Under the pieces are notes generated by a model. The model ran no database searches. It was given only the letters and a program-made list of their open reading frames with translations, and was not told the origin of the DNA. A DNA stretch of 64,000 nucleotides from Armatimonadota bacterium (GTDB lineage: Bacteria; Armatimonadota; UBA5829), in contig JBDKUO010000067.1 in the NCBI GenBank assembly GCA_039679645.1, positions 28,208 to 92,207 of the forward strand, given 5' to 3'. Both the position numbers and the translations under genes were made by a program. Each line of letters begins with the position of its first letter. Within the stretch, counting starts at the first letter, position 1. Below are positions 1 to 8,868 of this stretch, in pieces.

Positions 1-959
1 CCGATCATAGATTTGTCGCAGTGTCCACAGCGAATGATGCCCTGCAGGAGCGACTTGACCTCGTGGGTTTCCTGGCCTTTCTTCCGCGCGGTGCCGCTTG
101 AAAATATCTGCTGGACTTTATCCCAGAGAGACTTCGAAACAATCGCCTCGTGCTCGCCGGGATATGACTTGTCTTTATGGACAGTCTCGCCAAGATAAGT
201 TCGGTTGTTTAGGACACGGTATATGTGTTGAGTGTTCCAAGGCCCACCCTGATGGAACGATCCATTTTTCGTGGTCCATGACTTGGTAGGGATTCCATTT
301 GAATTGAGTTCCCTGGCGATTTCCAGACAGGAGCCAGCCTCGATGAATCTTTTGAAAACCTGCCGGACCAGTTTTGCCTCTTCCTGATTCACGATGAGCT
401 TCGTATTTTTGTAGTCTACATCATAGCCATATGCAGGAGTGCCGCCGAGATACTTACCTTTCTTTTTAGCGGCAGCTATTTTGTCCCTGACTCTTTCGGC
501 ACTTATAGCCCTCTCAAATTCAGCAAAGCTCAGAAGGATGTTCAGAATCAACCGGCCCATCGCCGTCGTACTCGAAAACTGCTGTGTGATAGATACAAAG
601 GTCACATTATGCTGGTCGAAAAACTCCGCGAGTTTTACGAAGTCAAGTAGCGACCGGGAAAGCCTGTCGAGCTTGTAAAACACAACGCAGTCAATTCTGC
701 CGCGCTCGATGTCTCGCATGAGCTTTTTCAGCCCCGGCCGTTCGATGTTGCCTCCAGAAAAACCAGGATCATCATAATGCTCTGTCAGCGCAATCCAACC
801 TTCGTGACGCTGGCTCGCTATGTATGCCTCGCATGCCTCCCGCTGGGCATCAAGCGAATTAAACTCCTGCTCGAGGCCCTTTTCCGTGCTCTTGCGTGTG
901 TATATCGCGCAGCGCATACCTCGACAGGGTTCAGAAGAGCCGTTGCTTTCGTTTATCAT
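1..959 (-). CDS. Large serine recombinase (integrase), 3' part of the gene in window; N-terminus at 959, C-terminal part runs beyond window start
   Basis: Own translation of minus strand: MINESNGSS...AIYTRKSTEKGLEQEFNSLDAQREACEAY (resolvase catalytic Ser region), then recombinase domain and Cys-rich zinc ribbon (IRCGHCDKSM). ORF is open to position 1, so not in supplied track. Confidence 0.85.
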   Translation of the reverse strand, partial: MINESNGSSEPCRGMRCAIYTRKSTEKGLEQEFNSLDAQREACEAYIASQRHEGWIALTEHYDDPGFSGGNIERPGLKKLMRDIERGRIDCVVFYKLDRLSRSLLDFVKLAEFFDQHNVTFVSITQQFSSTTAMGRLILNILLSFAEFERAISAERVRDKIAAAKKKGKYLGGTPAYGYDVDYKNTKLIVNQEEAKLVRQVFKRFIEAGSCLEIARELNSNGIPTKSWTTKNGSFHQGGPWNTQHIYRVLNNRTYLGETVHKDKSYPGEHEAIVSKSLWDKVQQIFSSGTARKKGQETHEVKSLLQGIIRCGHCDKSMI

Positions 960-1417
960 CTCGCATTCCTTCCCGCAAGTCCAAAGAACGCGCGCCCGTT
1001 CCAATGCGTGCCGGTTATCACCTTTGCGATAGCCGACAGTGACCGGTACTTCCGGCCCTCATACTCGAAACCGTCGCGAAGCGTCGTGACCTCATAGCGT
1101 CTGCCGTTCCATTCACGAACGAGCTTGCTTCCGATGACGGGCATGTCTTTCTTACCCTGTGCCCGGCCGGACGTTACCTTGGGCATGCCGAACTCATCAT
1201 AGCCGTGGCGCTTGAGGGCTGCGTCCATCTTGGCGTGCGCTTCCTCGGAAAGCCCACCGTAGGTTATTTCTTGTATGCGGTGTGCTAGCCTCTTTATAAC
1301 GAACCTCCGGTTGCTGGCCGGAGGCTTATTGCCGAAGAGTGTGCGCCACAGAGACACAAGTTCTTCGTGAGTCAGGTTTTGCAGATCCGCAATCTGCTTA
1401 AGTACACTCATAGTCAT
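956..1417 (-). CDS. DUF2924-like small protein paired with serine recombinase (overlaps its start by 4 nt)
   Basis: 153 aa; position immediately upstream and translationally coupled to serine recombinase, as is typical for DUF2924 partners; family assignment from memory only. Confidence 0.45.
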   Translation of the reverse strand: MTMSVLKQIADLQNLTHEELVSLWRTLFGNKPPASNRRFVIKRLAHRIQEITYGGLSEEAHAKMDAALKRHGYDEFGMPKVTSGRAQGKKDMPVIGSKLVREWNGRRYEVTTLRDGFEYEGRKYRSLSAIAKVITGTHWNGRAFFGLAGRNAR

Positions 1418-1467
1418 TTACCTCACCGTCAGTTTCGGGTGAAGATCGGGAGAGGTCGCCATTGGCT

Positions 1468-1875
1468 TCACTTCTTTGATGCGGCAGCTTTTCGCATTTG
1501 GGCGAGCGTCCTGCCTTTTGTCCACTGCACATGCGGCCGGTCGACTATGCTTTTGAAATCGCCGCCCCATTCAAGACCGCACTCACGCGCCGTTTTCCCG
1601 AACACATCCCACGGGCCGTTCCAAGTTACCTTGCCGTTGACTATGAATGCATAATCGGCGGCAAGGGCGAAGTTGTGCCACGAATATCCTCCGCGAGCGT
1701 TGGTTACTCTCTTTCCCGGCGTCGTCCTGCCGATGGCATAAAGCCTGTTCTGTTCGGCTATGGAGCGATACCCGCAGGTCATCATTACCTTGATGCCGCG
1801 CCCGGCAAGCTTCTTCTCGAACAGGTTCAGTTTTGTTACAAACTCGGGATCGAGTCCCTGCTTTGTAGCACTCAT
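1468..1875 (-). CDS. Peptidase M15 family endolysin (L-alanyl-D-glutamate peptidase / VanY-like)
   Basis: Motifs CGYRSIAEQNRLY and SWHNFALAAD, HVQW; typical M15 zinc peptidase signature. Confidence 0.75.
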   Translation of the reverse strand: MSATKQGLDPEFVTKLNLFEKKLAGRGIKVMMTCGYRSIAEQNRLYAIGRTTPGKRVTNARGGYSWHNFALAADYAFIVNGKVTWNGPWDVFGKTARECGLEWGGDFKSIVDRPHVQWTKGRTLAQMRKAAASKK

Positions 1876-2063
1876 CGGCCTCCTCCTTCCGCACCCGGTA
1901 TGTCACCATGAACGCTCACACTTTTAGAAATATCAAGTCCGTGTGCGGTGATTCCGGTGTTAATACCAGCTTGATTCATCGCACGCAGCTTTGCCCGAAG
2001 GAACCCCGCCGCCAGTATCGCGGCTGCTTCGCCTAAGCTGCTGGTTTTCGTAACGTGTTGCAT
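1872..2063 (-). CDS. Hypothetical 63-aa protein, translationally coupled (ATGA) upstream of endolysin
   Basis: ORF overlaps endolysin start by 4 nt; not clearly hydrophobic enough to call holin. Confidence 0.3.
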   Translation of the reverse strand: MQHVTKTSSLGEAAAILAAGFLRAKLRAMNQAGINTGITAHGLDISKSVSVHGDIPGAEGGGR

Positions 2064-2138
2064 CTGTCTACCTCGCTTTTGTGTGATTTGCCCCCACTTG
2101 ATATGTACTTCTGGGAATGGTGCAGTTGTCGAGTTTTT

Positions 2139-2726
2139 TCAGGAGTAATTCTTTATCCCGGCCGCACTCAGGATGTCTCGCAGCCTGCGCATCATCTCGT
2201 AGAGCTTCGAGCGTTTTATGCCGAGTTCCCGCGCGGCGGCTGTCACCGTCGTGTATGAGAGAAGCTTGCAGACCTTTTGCAAGTCTTCGGGAAGCGAAGA
2301 GACCGCCCGCCGCACGTCTATCCGCAGCTCGACCATCTCAATAAGGGTACGGTTTACATTGCCGAGCATTATCTGGTAATCGTCTGTGTCAAGTATGTCG
2401 GCCATGGTGAACTCATCGAATCTCGCGCTTTCGGCGGCAGCATCGATGGAGTAAGCGTGCATACGGACGTCCAGCGTCGAGCAGCTTCTCGACTTGATGA
2501 TCGCCTTCACCCTGTTATCGAGAACACAGTTTATGAAGGTCTTCAGGGACCCTCGTGAGGCATCATGCTTTGGCAGATTCTGTCGCAGGTGGATCGCTAG
2601 GTCCTGCTCGATGTCCTCCCGGTCAGACTCGGTGAGTCCGAGGTAGCCGATAAGTCGTTGAGCCTTGTAGCGAATAAGGTGTACTGAGTAGCCGTCCAGG
2701 CCCTCGAAAGCGTTTGTGTTTCCCAA
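2139..2726 (-). CDS. Sigma-70 family (ECF-like) RNA polymerase sigma factor
   Basis: 195 aa; region-2-like DREDIEQDLAIHLRQNL and region-4 HTH LPEDLQKVCKLLSYTTVTAAARELGIKRSKLYEMMRRLRDIL. Confidence 0.7.
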   Translation of the reverse strand: MGNTNAFEGLDGYSVHLIRYKAQRLIGYLGLTESDREDIEQDLAIHLRQNLPKHDASRGSLKTFINCVLDNRVKAIIKSRSCSTLDVRMHAYSIDAAAESARFDEFTMADILDTDDYQIMLGNVNRTLIEMVELRIDVRRAVSSLPEDLQKVCKLLSYTTVTAAARELGIKRSKLYEMMRRLRDILSAAGIKNYS

Positions 2727-2927
2727 TGTCTCCTCCGAATCTGGAGGAGATCGCCGTGGGCGTCACACGTTTTCGGGGACAACACGTGCCCAAACGCAAA
2801 GGCGGAGGCATTGTGATGCCGCCGTAATTGGCGACACCCACAACGACCTCCGCCTTGCGGTCAGTCTGTTGTCTGGTGATGTAAAATTTTGTGATTAGCG
2901 CTGCAGCATTAGCTGCAGCGCCTGGCG

Positions 2928-3260
2928 CTATTCCCAGTCCACAAGGACCGGCAGTCCATCCTGCACGGTTACGGACTTAATGACACCATTGCCTACCTCG
3001 GCAATTTCGGAAAGCAGCCAGGACATCTGTGCTTTAAGCGCGAAGTCTCTTTCCTGCGGTGTTTGTGTCTCGGTCTTCTTGGTGTACTTTCTGCTGCGGC
3101 GAAACGCAGGCGCTGGATACTGCAGCGGCTTGCCGTCTCTGACATGAAGCGTCTCGACCTTGCCATAGCGCAGCTTCCGCATTGCCTCGACAAGCCAGTC
3201 TTCCGACTCATCGAGCGACGATTTCATTTGGTCCATTCTTTGCCTCCTTCGAGTTCTCAA
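2928..3260 (-). CDS. Hypothetical protein, first gene of leftward operon at divergent control region
   Basis: 110-aa ORF, position only. Confidence 0.35.
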   Translation of the reverse strand: MRTRRRQRMDQMKSSLDESEDWLVEAMRKLRYGKVETLHVRDGKPLQYPAPAFRRSRKYTKKTETQTPQERDFALKAQMSWLLSEIAEVGNGVIKSVTVQDGLPVLVDWE

Positions 3261-3571
3261 GTGATTTGTAATCCATCAGCACATGGCCATACTGCTCAGT
3301 TCTATATTTACCGGAACCGCATGTGAAGTGGTGAAATTTATTTTTAACGGCCTCAAACCTCGACAAGTTGAGGCCAGATCAGCCTCCGCGAAAATTCCAC
3401 CCCCACTTAGTTATTTACTTCTGTAATCCATGAAGTGTCGGGATTATTTTTTGTGGGGACGGAACATGTGGACGCCTGTCCCCTCGATTATAGCAACCGA
3501 ACAAGTGTTCGGTCAACACCAACAAATCTACTCCCACACAGGCGCGAGCCAACCAGCCCTCGCAGAGTTTT

Positions 3572-3610
3572 CCGACACATCCTGGTTTTCGGAAGTACAT
3601 ATCAAGTGGG
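3572..3610 (+). promoter_or_regulatory. Conserved ~40-bp phage promoter-like motif, copy 1 (core AGTACATATCAA 3593-3604)
   Basis: ccgacacatcctggttttcggaagtacatatcaagtggg; near-identical to three other copies, each in front of a + strand operon. Confidence 0.6.
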
Positions 3611-3661
3611 AGCGAAACCACGGGGATTCTCTTCCAGGCGCGCCATTTTACCCCGCACCAG

Positions 3662-4000
3662 ATGATCCTTTGGAGGACGGATGTGAACAGAACAGTCTAC
3701 AAAATCCAGTTCGCTAAAAGGCTGCCTGTCGGAATGGTGGACTACCACCTTATGACGGCAGCGCTCGCGGCTGAGAGCCTTTACGGAAGAAACGCGGTGC
3801 GCCTGGACGCGGTGGCGCGGCTTAACTCGAAGAATCGCACAGTAATTATCGATGCTGAGACCCAGGTCGGAGTCGACCTCGCCAAGATGTTCATGGGCTT
3901 CATGACTAACGAGTACGGCGAGAAGAGCTTTGCCGTTACGAAGGCAGAGGAGTTTATGCGCTTTGACGACCAAGAGCTTTTAGCGAGGGTCATTCTGTGA
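3662..4000 (+). CDS. Hypothetical protein, first gene of rightward early operon
   Basis: 112-aa ORF directly downstream of motif copy 1; overlaps next gene by 4 nt. Confidence 0.4.
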   Translation: MILWRTDVNRTVYKIQFAKRLPVGMVDYHLMTAALAAESLYGRNAVRLDAVARLNSKNRTVIIDAETQVGVDLAKMFMGFMTNEYGEKSFAVTKAEEFMRFDDQELLARVIL

Positions 4001-5016
4001 GCAAGCGGTTCCTCACTACCTATTCATTCTGGAACTCGTTTCGTAATTGCCGGAAGGCGTGCGAGTGGCGGTATTTGGAAGAGTTGGTTCCCATCAGTCG
4101 GGACCAGGCTCTCTCATTCGGGACGCTTATCCACTCATGCCTTGAGATGTGGCACGGTGGCAGCGGATTGGATGCGGTGCTTGACTTCATCGACAAGTCA
4201 CTACCGAACCGCTCGCAGGATGAATCCCAGAAGTCCGACTGGCACCTGGCGACGGCAATGATGACGGGTTACGCCGCGCGCTACCCGGTTGAAGAATTCG
4301 AGATTGTTGCTCTTGAGAAGATCTTCGAGGGCAGGATCATAAATCCCGCGACAGGAGCGTGCTCACGGAGTCTTATCATTGCTGGGAAAGTCGACGGCAT
4401 TGTAAGAATCGGCCGGGATTACTACATCCTGGAGCACAAGACTGCCTCGCAGCTAGACGCCGACTATCTTGAGCGACTGTGGACCGACCTACAAATAAGC
4501 CTCTATGCGCATTACGTCGAGCAGGCATTTGGTATCAAGATCGTGGGTGTCATCTACAACGTGCTCGTGAAGGCGAAGCTCCAGCAGAGCAAGGGCGAGA
4601 CCCAGGCCGAGTTTGATACCCGCCGCGCGGAGTTGCTTGCAAAGTCCAAGACCGGCAAGACGACGGCGGCGCGCAAGCTGCCGGAGACCGACGAAACGTT
4701 CCAGGAACGACTGGCCGCGAAGTATGCCGAGCCAGGCATGCTTCATCGTGAGATGCTCTACATCTCGCGTGATCAGTTCGACGCCATGAGAGCCGACCTC
4801 TGGGAGCTTGCCCGGCAGTTCCTCGACTGCCGCCGCCGTGGTGCATTCTATCGCAACACGGCATTCTGCTTTGCCAACCACAGGCAATGCGCCTATTTCC
4901 CGCTGTGCCGTGCAAACGGCAACGAGAATGTGATCGCCAACTTCTACGAGGTAAAACCGCCGCACGAGGAACTGCGGTCGGACGATACTGCTGACCAGGA
5001 TAAGGAGACATTCTAA
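3997..5016 (+). CDS. PD-(D/E)XK nuclease, Cas4/RecB-like exonuclease with C-terminal Cys cluster
   Basis: GKVDGIVRIGRDYYILEHKT (D...ExK), C-terminal FCFANHRQCAYFPLC cysteine cluster, N-terminal CRKACEWRY. Confidence 0.75.
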   Translation: MSKRFLTTYSFWNSFRNCRKACEWRYLEELVPISRDQALSFGTLIHSCLEMWHGGSGLDAVLDFIDKSLPNRSQDESQKSDWHLATAMMTGYAARYPVEEFEIVALEKIFEGRIINPATGACSRSLIIAGKVDGIVRIGRDYYILEHKTASQLDADYLERLWTDLQISLYAHYVEQAFGIKIVGVIYNVLVKAKLQQSKGETQAEFDTRRAELLAKSKTGKTTAARKLPETDETFQERLAAKYAEPGMLHREMLYISRDQFDAMRADLWELARQFLDCRRRGAFYRNTAFCFANHRQCAYFPLCRANGNENVIANFYEVKPPHEELRSDDTADQDKETF

Positions 5017-5750
5017 TGCTGCTTCCAACTGCAAAGACGCCGCCAAAACCCAATCTGGCGGACCTGACGGTGTTATGTTACGGAGCCACGAAGATAGGCA
5101 AGAGCACATGGTGCTCTTATTCCGATAACGCGATCTTCCTATCGACCGAACCGGGTCTCAATTCCCTGGAAGTGTTCCAGGTCCCGATCCGGTCGTGGGA
5201 CGAGCTGCTCACAACCTGCGGCGAGATCGCCGAGGGCAACCATGAGTTCAAGACAGTCATCATCGACACCGTGGACAATGCCTATCGTATGTGCGCGGAC
5301 TACGTCTGCCGGAAGTTTAAGGTCGAGCACGAGTCCGACCTCGGTTACGGAAAGGGATTCTCGCTGACAAATAATGAATTTCAGCGAGTACTGAACAAGC
5401 TTGCATTCATGCCCTACGGCTTGTATCTCGTCTCGCACTCTCAAGAAGTAGAGATCGAGACGAGGACCGGCAAGTACAACAAGACCGTCCCCACATTGCC
5501 GGAGAAGGCACGGAAGATCGTGCTCGGCCTTGTCGACATGGTCCTCTTCTGCGACATCGAGGCCGTTACCGGGCCGGACAACAAGGTCGTGGGGCGGCGG
5601 GTCATGCGCACCAAGCCGAGCATCTATTATGAAGCCGGTGATCGCACCGGCAGGCTTCCCGATATCATCGACCTCGACTATGGCAAGTTCGTCGAGGCGT
5701 TCAATGCCACTGCAGGCGGCAAACAAGCTGCAAAGGAGAAGACAACATGA
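5016..5750 (+). CDS. AAA_24 / Sak4-like RecA-fold ATPase (phage recombination)
   Basis: Walker A CYGATKIGKST; hhhhD Walker B VIIDTVDN; size and neighbourhood (after Cas4-like nuclease) typical of Sak4 module. Confidence 0.7.
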   Translation: MLLPTAKTPPKPNLADLTVLCYGATKIGKSTWCSYSDNAIFLSTEPGLNSLEVFQVPIRSWDELLTTCGEIAEGNHEFKTVIIDTVDNAYRMCADYVCRKFKVEHESDLGYGKGFSLTNNEFQRVLNKLAFMPYGLYLVSHSQEVEIETRTGKYNKTVPTLPEKARKIVLGLVDMVLFCDIEAVTGPDNKVVGRRVMRTKPSIYYEAGDRTGRLPDIIDLDYGKFVEAFNATAGGKQAAKEKTT

Positions 5751-6220
5751 GTACGGACTACTGCCCTAATCAGGATTCGAGTGTCGAAGACTTCGACCTC
5801 GCTCAGTTCGACGGAAGTTATGACGAAGCGCCCATAGAAGAGCGCGAATTCGAGGATGTCCCGGATGGCAAGTATCAGGTAAACGTGGAGAATGTTGAAC
5901 TCACCCGCTCTCAGACATCCGGGAATCCAATGCTCAAGTGGACCCTGAAAATCCTCGGGCCCAAGTATGCCGGAAGACTGTTGTGGCGCAACAACGTCAT
6001 TACCAACGACAGCCTCAAGTGGCTCAAGACCGACCTACATACCTGCGGGGTCACCCTTGGCAAGCTATCTGAACTTCCATCCAGGCTCAACGATCTTTTG
6101 GACGTGAAGCTGGAAGTGACCAAGCGCACCCGGGGCGAGAGCGAAAGCATCTACCTAAACCGCCGCATAGTGGTAGACGACACCAGGGCGGTCGATGAGT
6201 CTGCTCTGGCTCCGTTCTAG
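5747..6220 (+). CDS. Hypothetical protein, possibly DUF669-like ssDNA-binding partner of Sak4
   Basis: 157 aa, acidic N-terminus, gene position after AAA_24 gene; family assignment is by synteny only. Confidence 0.35.
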   Translation: MSTDYCPNQDSSVEDFDLAQFDGSYDEAPIEEREFEDVPDGKYQVNVENVELTRSQTSGNPMLKWTLKILGPKYAGRLLWRNNVITNDSLKWLKTDLHTCGVTLGKLSELPSRLNDLLDVKLEVTKRTRGESESIYLNRRIVVDDTRAVDESALAPF

Positions 6221-6690
6221 TGAAGGCGAAGCCTGTCGTAGTAGTCGACACGCGGGAAAAAGAGCCTTACACGTTCGATCCGGCCCGAGTAGAAGTCGTT
6301 CGCCGTGCGCTTGCTGCTGGTGACTATTCTCTGCTCGGGTTGGAAAGCTCTGTGGCGGTAGAACGCAAGAGCATGGAGGACTTCGTGGGAACCGTGATTC
6401 GTGGGCGGGAGCGGTTCGCAAACGAGCTTGCCAAACTCCGAGGATGCGAATTCGCCTGCGTGGTCGTGGAAGGCAGCCTGATGGACGTTCTCTCCGGCAA
6501 CTACCGGTCCGACGCCCATCCCAATGCCGTGCTCGGCTCTGCGCTTTCCATCATTGTCGACTACCGCATCCCGGTATTCTTTTGCTCAAACAGGCAAGCG
6601 GCGCGTCTGTTTGTCGAGCAGTTGCTTTTGAGACTCAGTGAGAAGGTAGATGCTACATGCCAAAACCAGGAGGTGCCACGACAAAGCTAA
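6220..6690 (+). CDS. ERCC4-type (XPF/Mus81/Hef-like) nuclease domain protein
   Basis: VVVDTREKE ... GDYSL ... VAVERKSMEDFV matches ERCC4 signature (DxRE, GDY, ERK). Confidence 0.5.
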   Translation: MKAKPVVVVDTREKEPYTFDPARVEVVRRALAAGDYSLLGLESSVAVERKSMEDFVGTVIRGRERFANELAKLRGCEFACVVVEGSLMDVLSGNYRSDAHPNAVLGSALSIIVDYRIPVFFCSNRQAARLFVEQLLLRLSEKVDATCQNQEVPRQS

Positions 6691-8867
6691 GAGGCCGGGT
6701 CGTGGCAGTGTTCTACGCCAGCCCGACGTTTTCGGCCGGGAAACTCAAGACAGAGGCTGGTGATAAGGTGTCGTTCGCGGGTCCCGTGTTCGTTCAAGAC
6801 GGGGACCGACTCATTCTGATCGGCAGGTGGGTCAAGCACCCGAAGTTCGGTCGGCAGCTTGAAGTCGAGAGCATGGAATATGACCAGGACCTCGATGCTG
6901 AGGGGCTTGCCAACTATATAGCAAAGCACCCGGACATCAAGGGTATCGGTCCCGCGAAGGCTCGCGTCATAGCAGAGAGGTTCGGAGGTGACTTCGACCG
7001 CTGCCTTGTCGAGGAAGCAGAGCAGATAGCGCAGGCGGCCCATCTTCCGCTTGAGGCAGTCGAGCATCTGCGCGATGTCTGGCAGGAGACCGGCAAGGTA
7101 AACCAGGCAATGACCGCACTTTCGGCTTTCGGCCTCACGCATCTTCAGGTGGTAAGCCTGGTGAAGAAGTTCGGCGGCGCGGCGGTCGGGCTTTTGAAAA
7201 GCGATCCATATTCTATCGTCCGGCTTGTGCCTGGCTTCGGCTTCAAGCGGATCGACCAGATCGCCCGCGAGAAGATGAACGTGCCGAAGGAAACACCGGG
7301 ACGAATTTGTGCTGGCGTCGCATTCTGTGTGGAAGATGCGCTTGAGCAGGGGCACTGCTGGGTGGAATATGAAGAACTCATAGACCGTGCAAATACCCTG
7401 CTGGTAATGGACTGTCTGGACAGCAGGGAACGGATCGAGCACGCCCTCGAAGAGCTTATCAGCGAAAGACAGCTTACATGCTTTGGAACCAGCGGCAGGT
7501 TCCTCGTCGCCATTCCACGTATCCGGGAAATGGAAGAGTATCTTGCGCAAATACTCCGGCGTGGCGATGGTCCCAATCCAAGGTTTCCGAAACTGGCTCC
7601 TGATGCTTTGGATGCTGTCGTGCGCCAAAGTGCTCCGAGTCTTAAGCCCTGGCAGCATAACGCGGTAGCTGCGGCGCTCAGGCATTCCATCACGCTCATA
7701 TCGGGAGGCGCTGGCAGCGGCAAGACATACACCATATCCGCGCTTGTCGGTATCTGCCAGGAATATGACCTGTCCGTCATCCTTGCGGCCCCTACGGGCA
7801 AAGCGGCGAAGCGTATGGAGCAGGTTGTCGGTATGGAAGCGCAGACAATCCATAGGCTTCTCGGCTACGACGGGCATGCGTTCACGCGCGAAAGTGTCGA
7901 CGCCGATGTGGTAGTGATCGACGAGCTTTCCATGGTTGATGTGCCGCTTGCGTGGCATCTTTTCAAGGCCATAGACCTTTCCAAAACGGCTGTTGTGCTG
8001 GTGGGAGATCACAACCAACTCCCGCCCGTGGGACCGGGCAATCTGCTGCGGGACCTTGTGCGCTCACGTGTCGTGCCGACCGTCATACTTGATGGTGTTC
8101 AACGGCAGGCTGGAGTCCTTAAAGAAAACAGCATAGCGATCCTTTCGGGCGAGGTGCGAAAGACGTCAGAAAAGAAACCCGACGGCAGGCGCGCGTGGTA
8201 TGTGATAGACCAGTTCACCGACCCGATGCAGGCTCAGACATTTATCCTTGAGCTGTTCGACAAAGTTCTTTCAGAGAGGCTCAACTTCGACATCATAAAC
8301 GACGTGCAGGTGCTCACACCGACGCACAAGGGTCCGCTCGGCACCCGGGAACTGAATACTCTGCTGCAGAGTCTTGTGCAGCGTAAGCTCTGGGACCGGT
8401 ATGTGGAGCCGACGCCTCCAGGCAAGCGTCCGAAGCTTATGCCCGGCGACAAGGTCATCCAGACCCGCAACAACTACACCACAGGCGTCATGAACGGGGC
8501 TGTTGGAACGGTTGTCGATGCGGACGAGGCCGGAGGGTTGACCATCGACTTCGACGGCACGCTATTGAACTTCGAGAATGGCGCTCCTGAACTCGCCCAC
8601 ATCCAGCTTGCCTTCGCGCTCACGTTTCATAAAGCCCAAGGCTCGGAATATCCCTGCTCGATAGTGGTCGTGCATAAGTCGCACTCATTTATGCATCATC
8701 GTAACTTGCTCTACACGGGAGTCACTCGCGCCTCCGAGTCCGCCATTATCGTAGGCGACCACTGGGGGATCGGGCACTGCGCCAAGGTGAAACAGGTGGA
8801 GGAACGCAAGACATTCCTCTCGCTGCTTTTGGGTCAAACCCTGGATTCGGACAAATGGGGCAAGTAG
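6657..8867 (+). CDS. RecD2-like ATP-dependent DNA helicase (SF1) with helix-hairpin-helix region
   Basis: HhH IKGIGPAKARVIAERFGG; Walker A GGAGSGKT; Walker B VVVIDELSMVD; C-terminal SH3-like/helicase motifs QTRNNY...GDHWG. Confidence 0.85.
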   Translation: MPKPGGATTKLRGRVVAVFYASPTFSAGKLKTEAGDKVSFAGPVFVQDGDRLILIGRWVKHPKFGRQLEVESMEYDQDLDAEGLANYIAKHPDIKGIGPAKARVIAERFGGDFDRCLVEEAEQIAQAAHLPLEAVEHLRDVWQETGKVNQAMTALSAFGLTHLQVVSLVKKFGGAAVGLLKSDPYSIVRLVPGFGFKRIDQIAREKMNVPKETPGRICAGVAFCVEDALEQGHCWVEYEELIDRANTLLVMDCLDSRERIEHALEELISERQLTCFGTSGRFLVAIPRIREMEEYLAQILRRGDGPNPRFPKLAPDALDAVVRQSAPSLKPWQHNAVAAALRHSITLISGGAGSGKTYTISALVGICQEYDLSVILAAPTGKAAKRMEQVVGMEAQTIHRLLGYDGHAFTRESVDADVVVIDELSMVDVPLAWHLFKAIDLSKTAVVLVGDHNQLPPVGPGNLLRDLVRSRVVPTVILDGVQRQAGVLKENSIAILSGEVRKTSEKKPDGRRAWYVIDQFTDPMQAQTFILELFDKVLSERLNFDIINDVQVLTPTHKGPLGTRELNTLLQSLVQRKLWDRYVEPTPPGKRPKLMPGDKVIQTRNNYTTGVMNGAVGTVVDADEAGGLTIDFDGTLLNFENGAPELAHIQLAFALTFHKAQGSEYPCSIVVVHKSHSFMHHRNLLYTGVTRASESAIIVGDHWGIGHCAKVKQVEERKTFLSLLLGQTLDSDKWGK

Positions 8868-8868
8868 C

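Noticed and set aside
1872-2063. 63-aa ORF upstream of endolysin considered as holin
   Set aside because: No transmembrane-length hydrophobic segment. Kept only as hypothetical.
3348-3374. Hairpin ggcctcaaacctcgacaagttgaggcc in the divergent control region, considered as an intrinsic terminator
   Set aside because: No convincing U-tract on either strand. May be an operator or structure element, but not callable as a terminator.
6687-8018. 443-aa minus-strand ORF antisense to the RecD-like helicase gene, with similar long antisense ORFs at 7145-7801, 4489-5109, 26394-27578, 33832-34650 and 46226-47050
   Set aside because: They lie entirely within well-supported sense-strand genes with clear motifs. 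Long antisense ORFs are expected in GC-rich coding DNA. No motifs or RBS context were seen.
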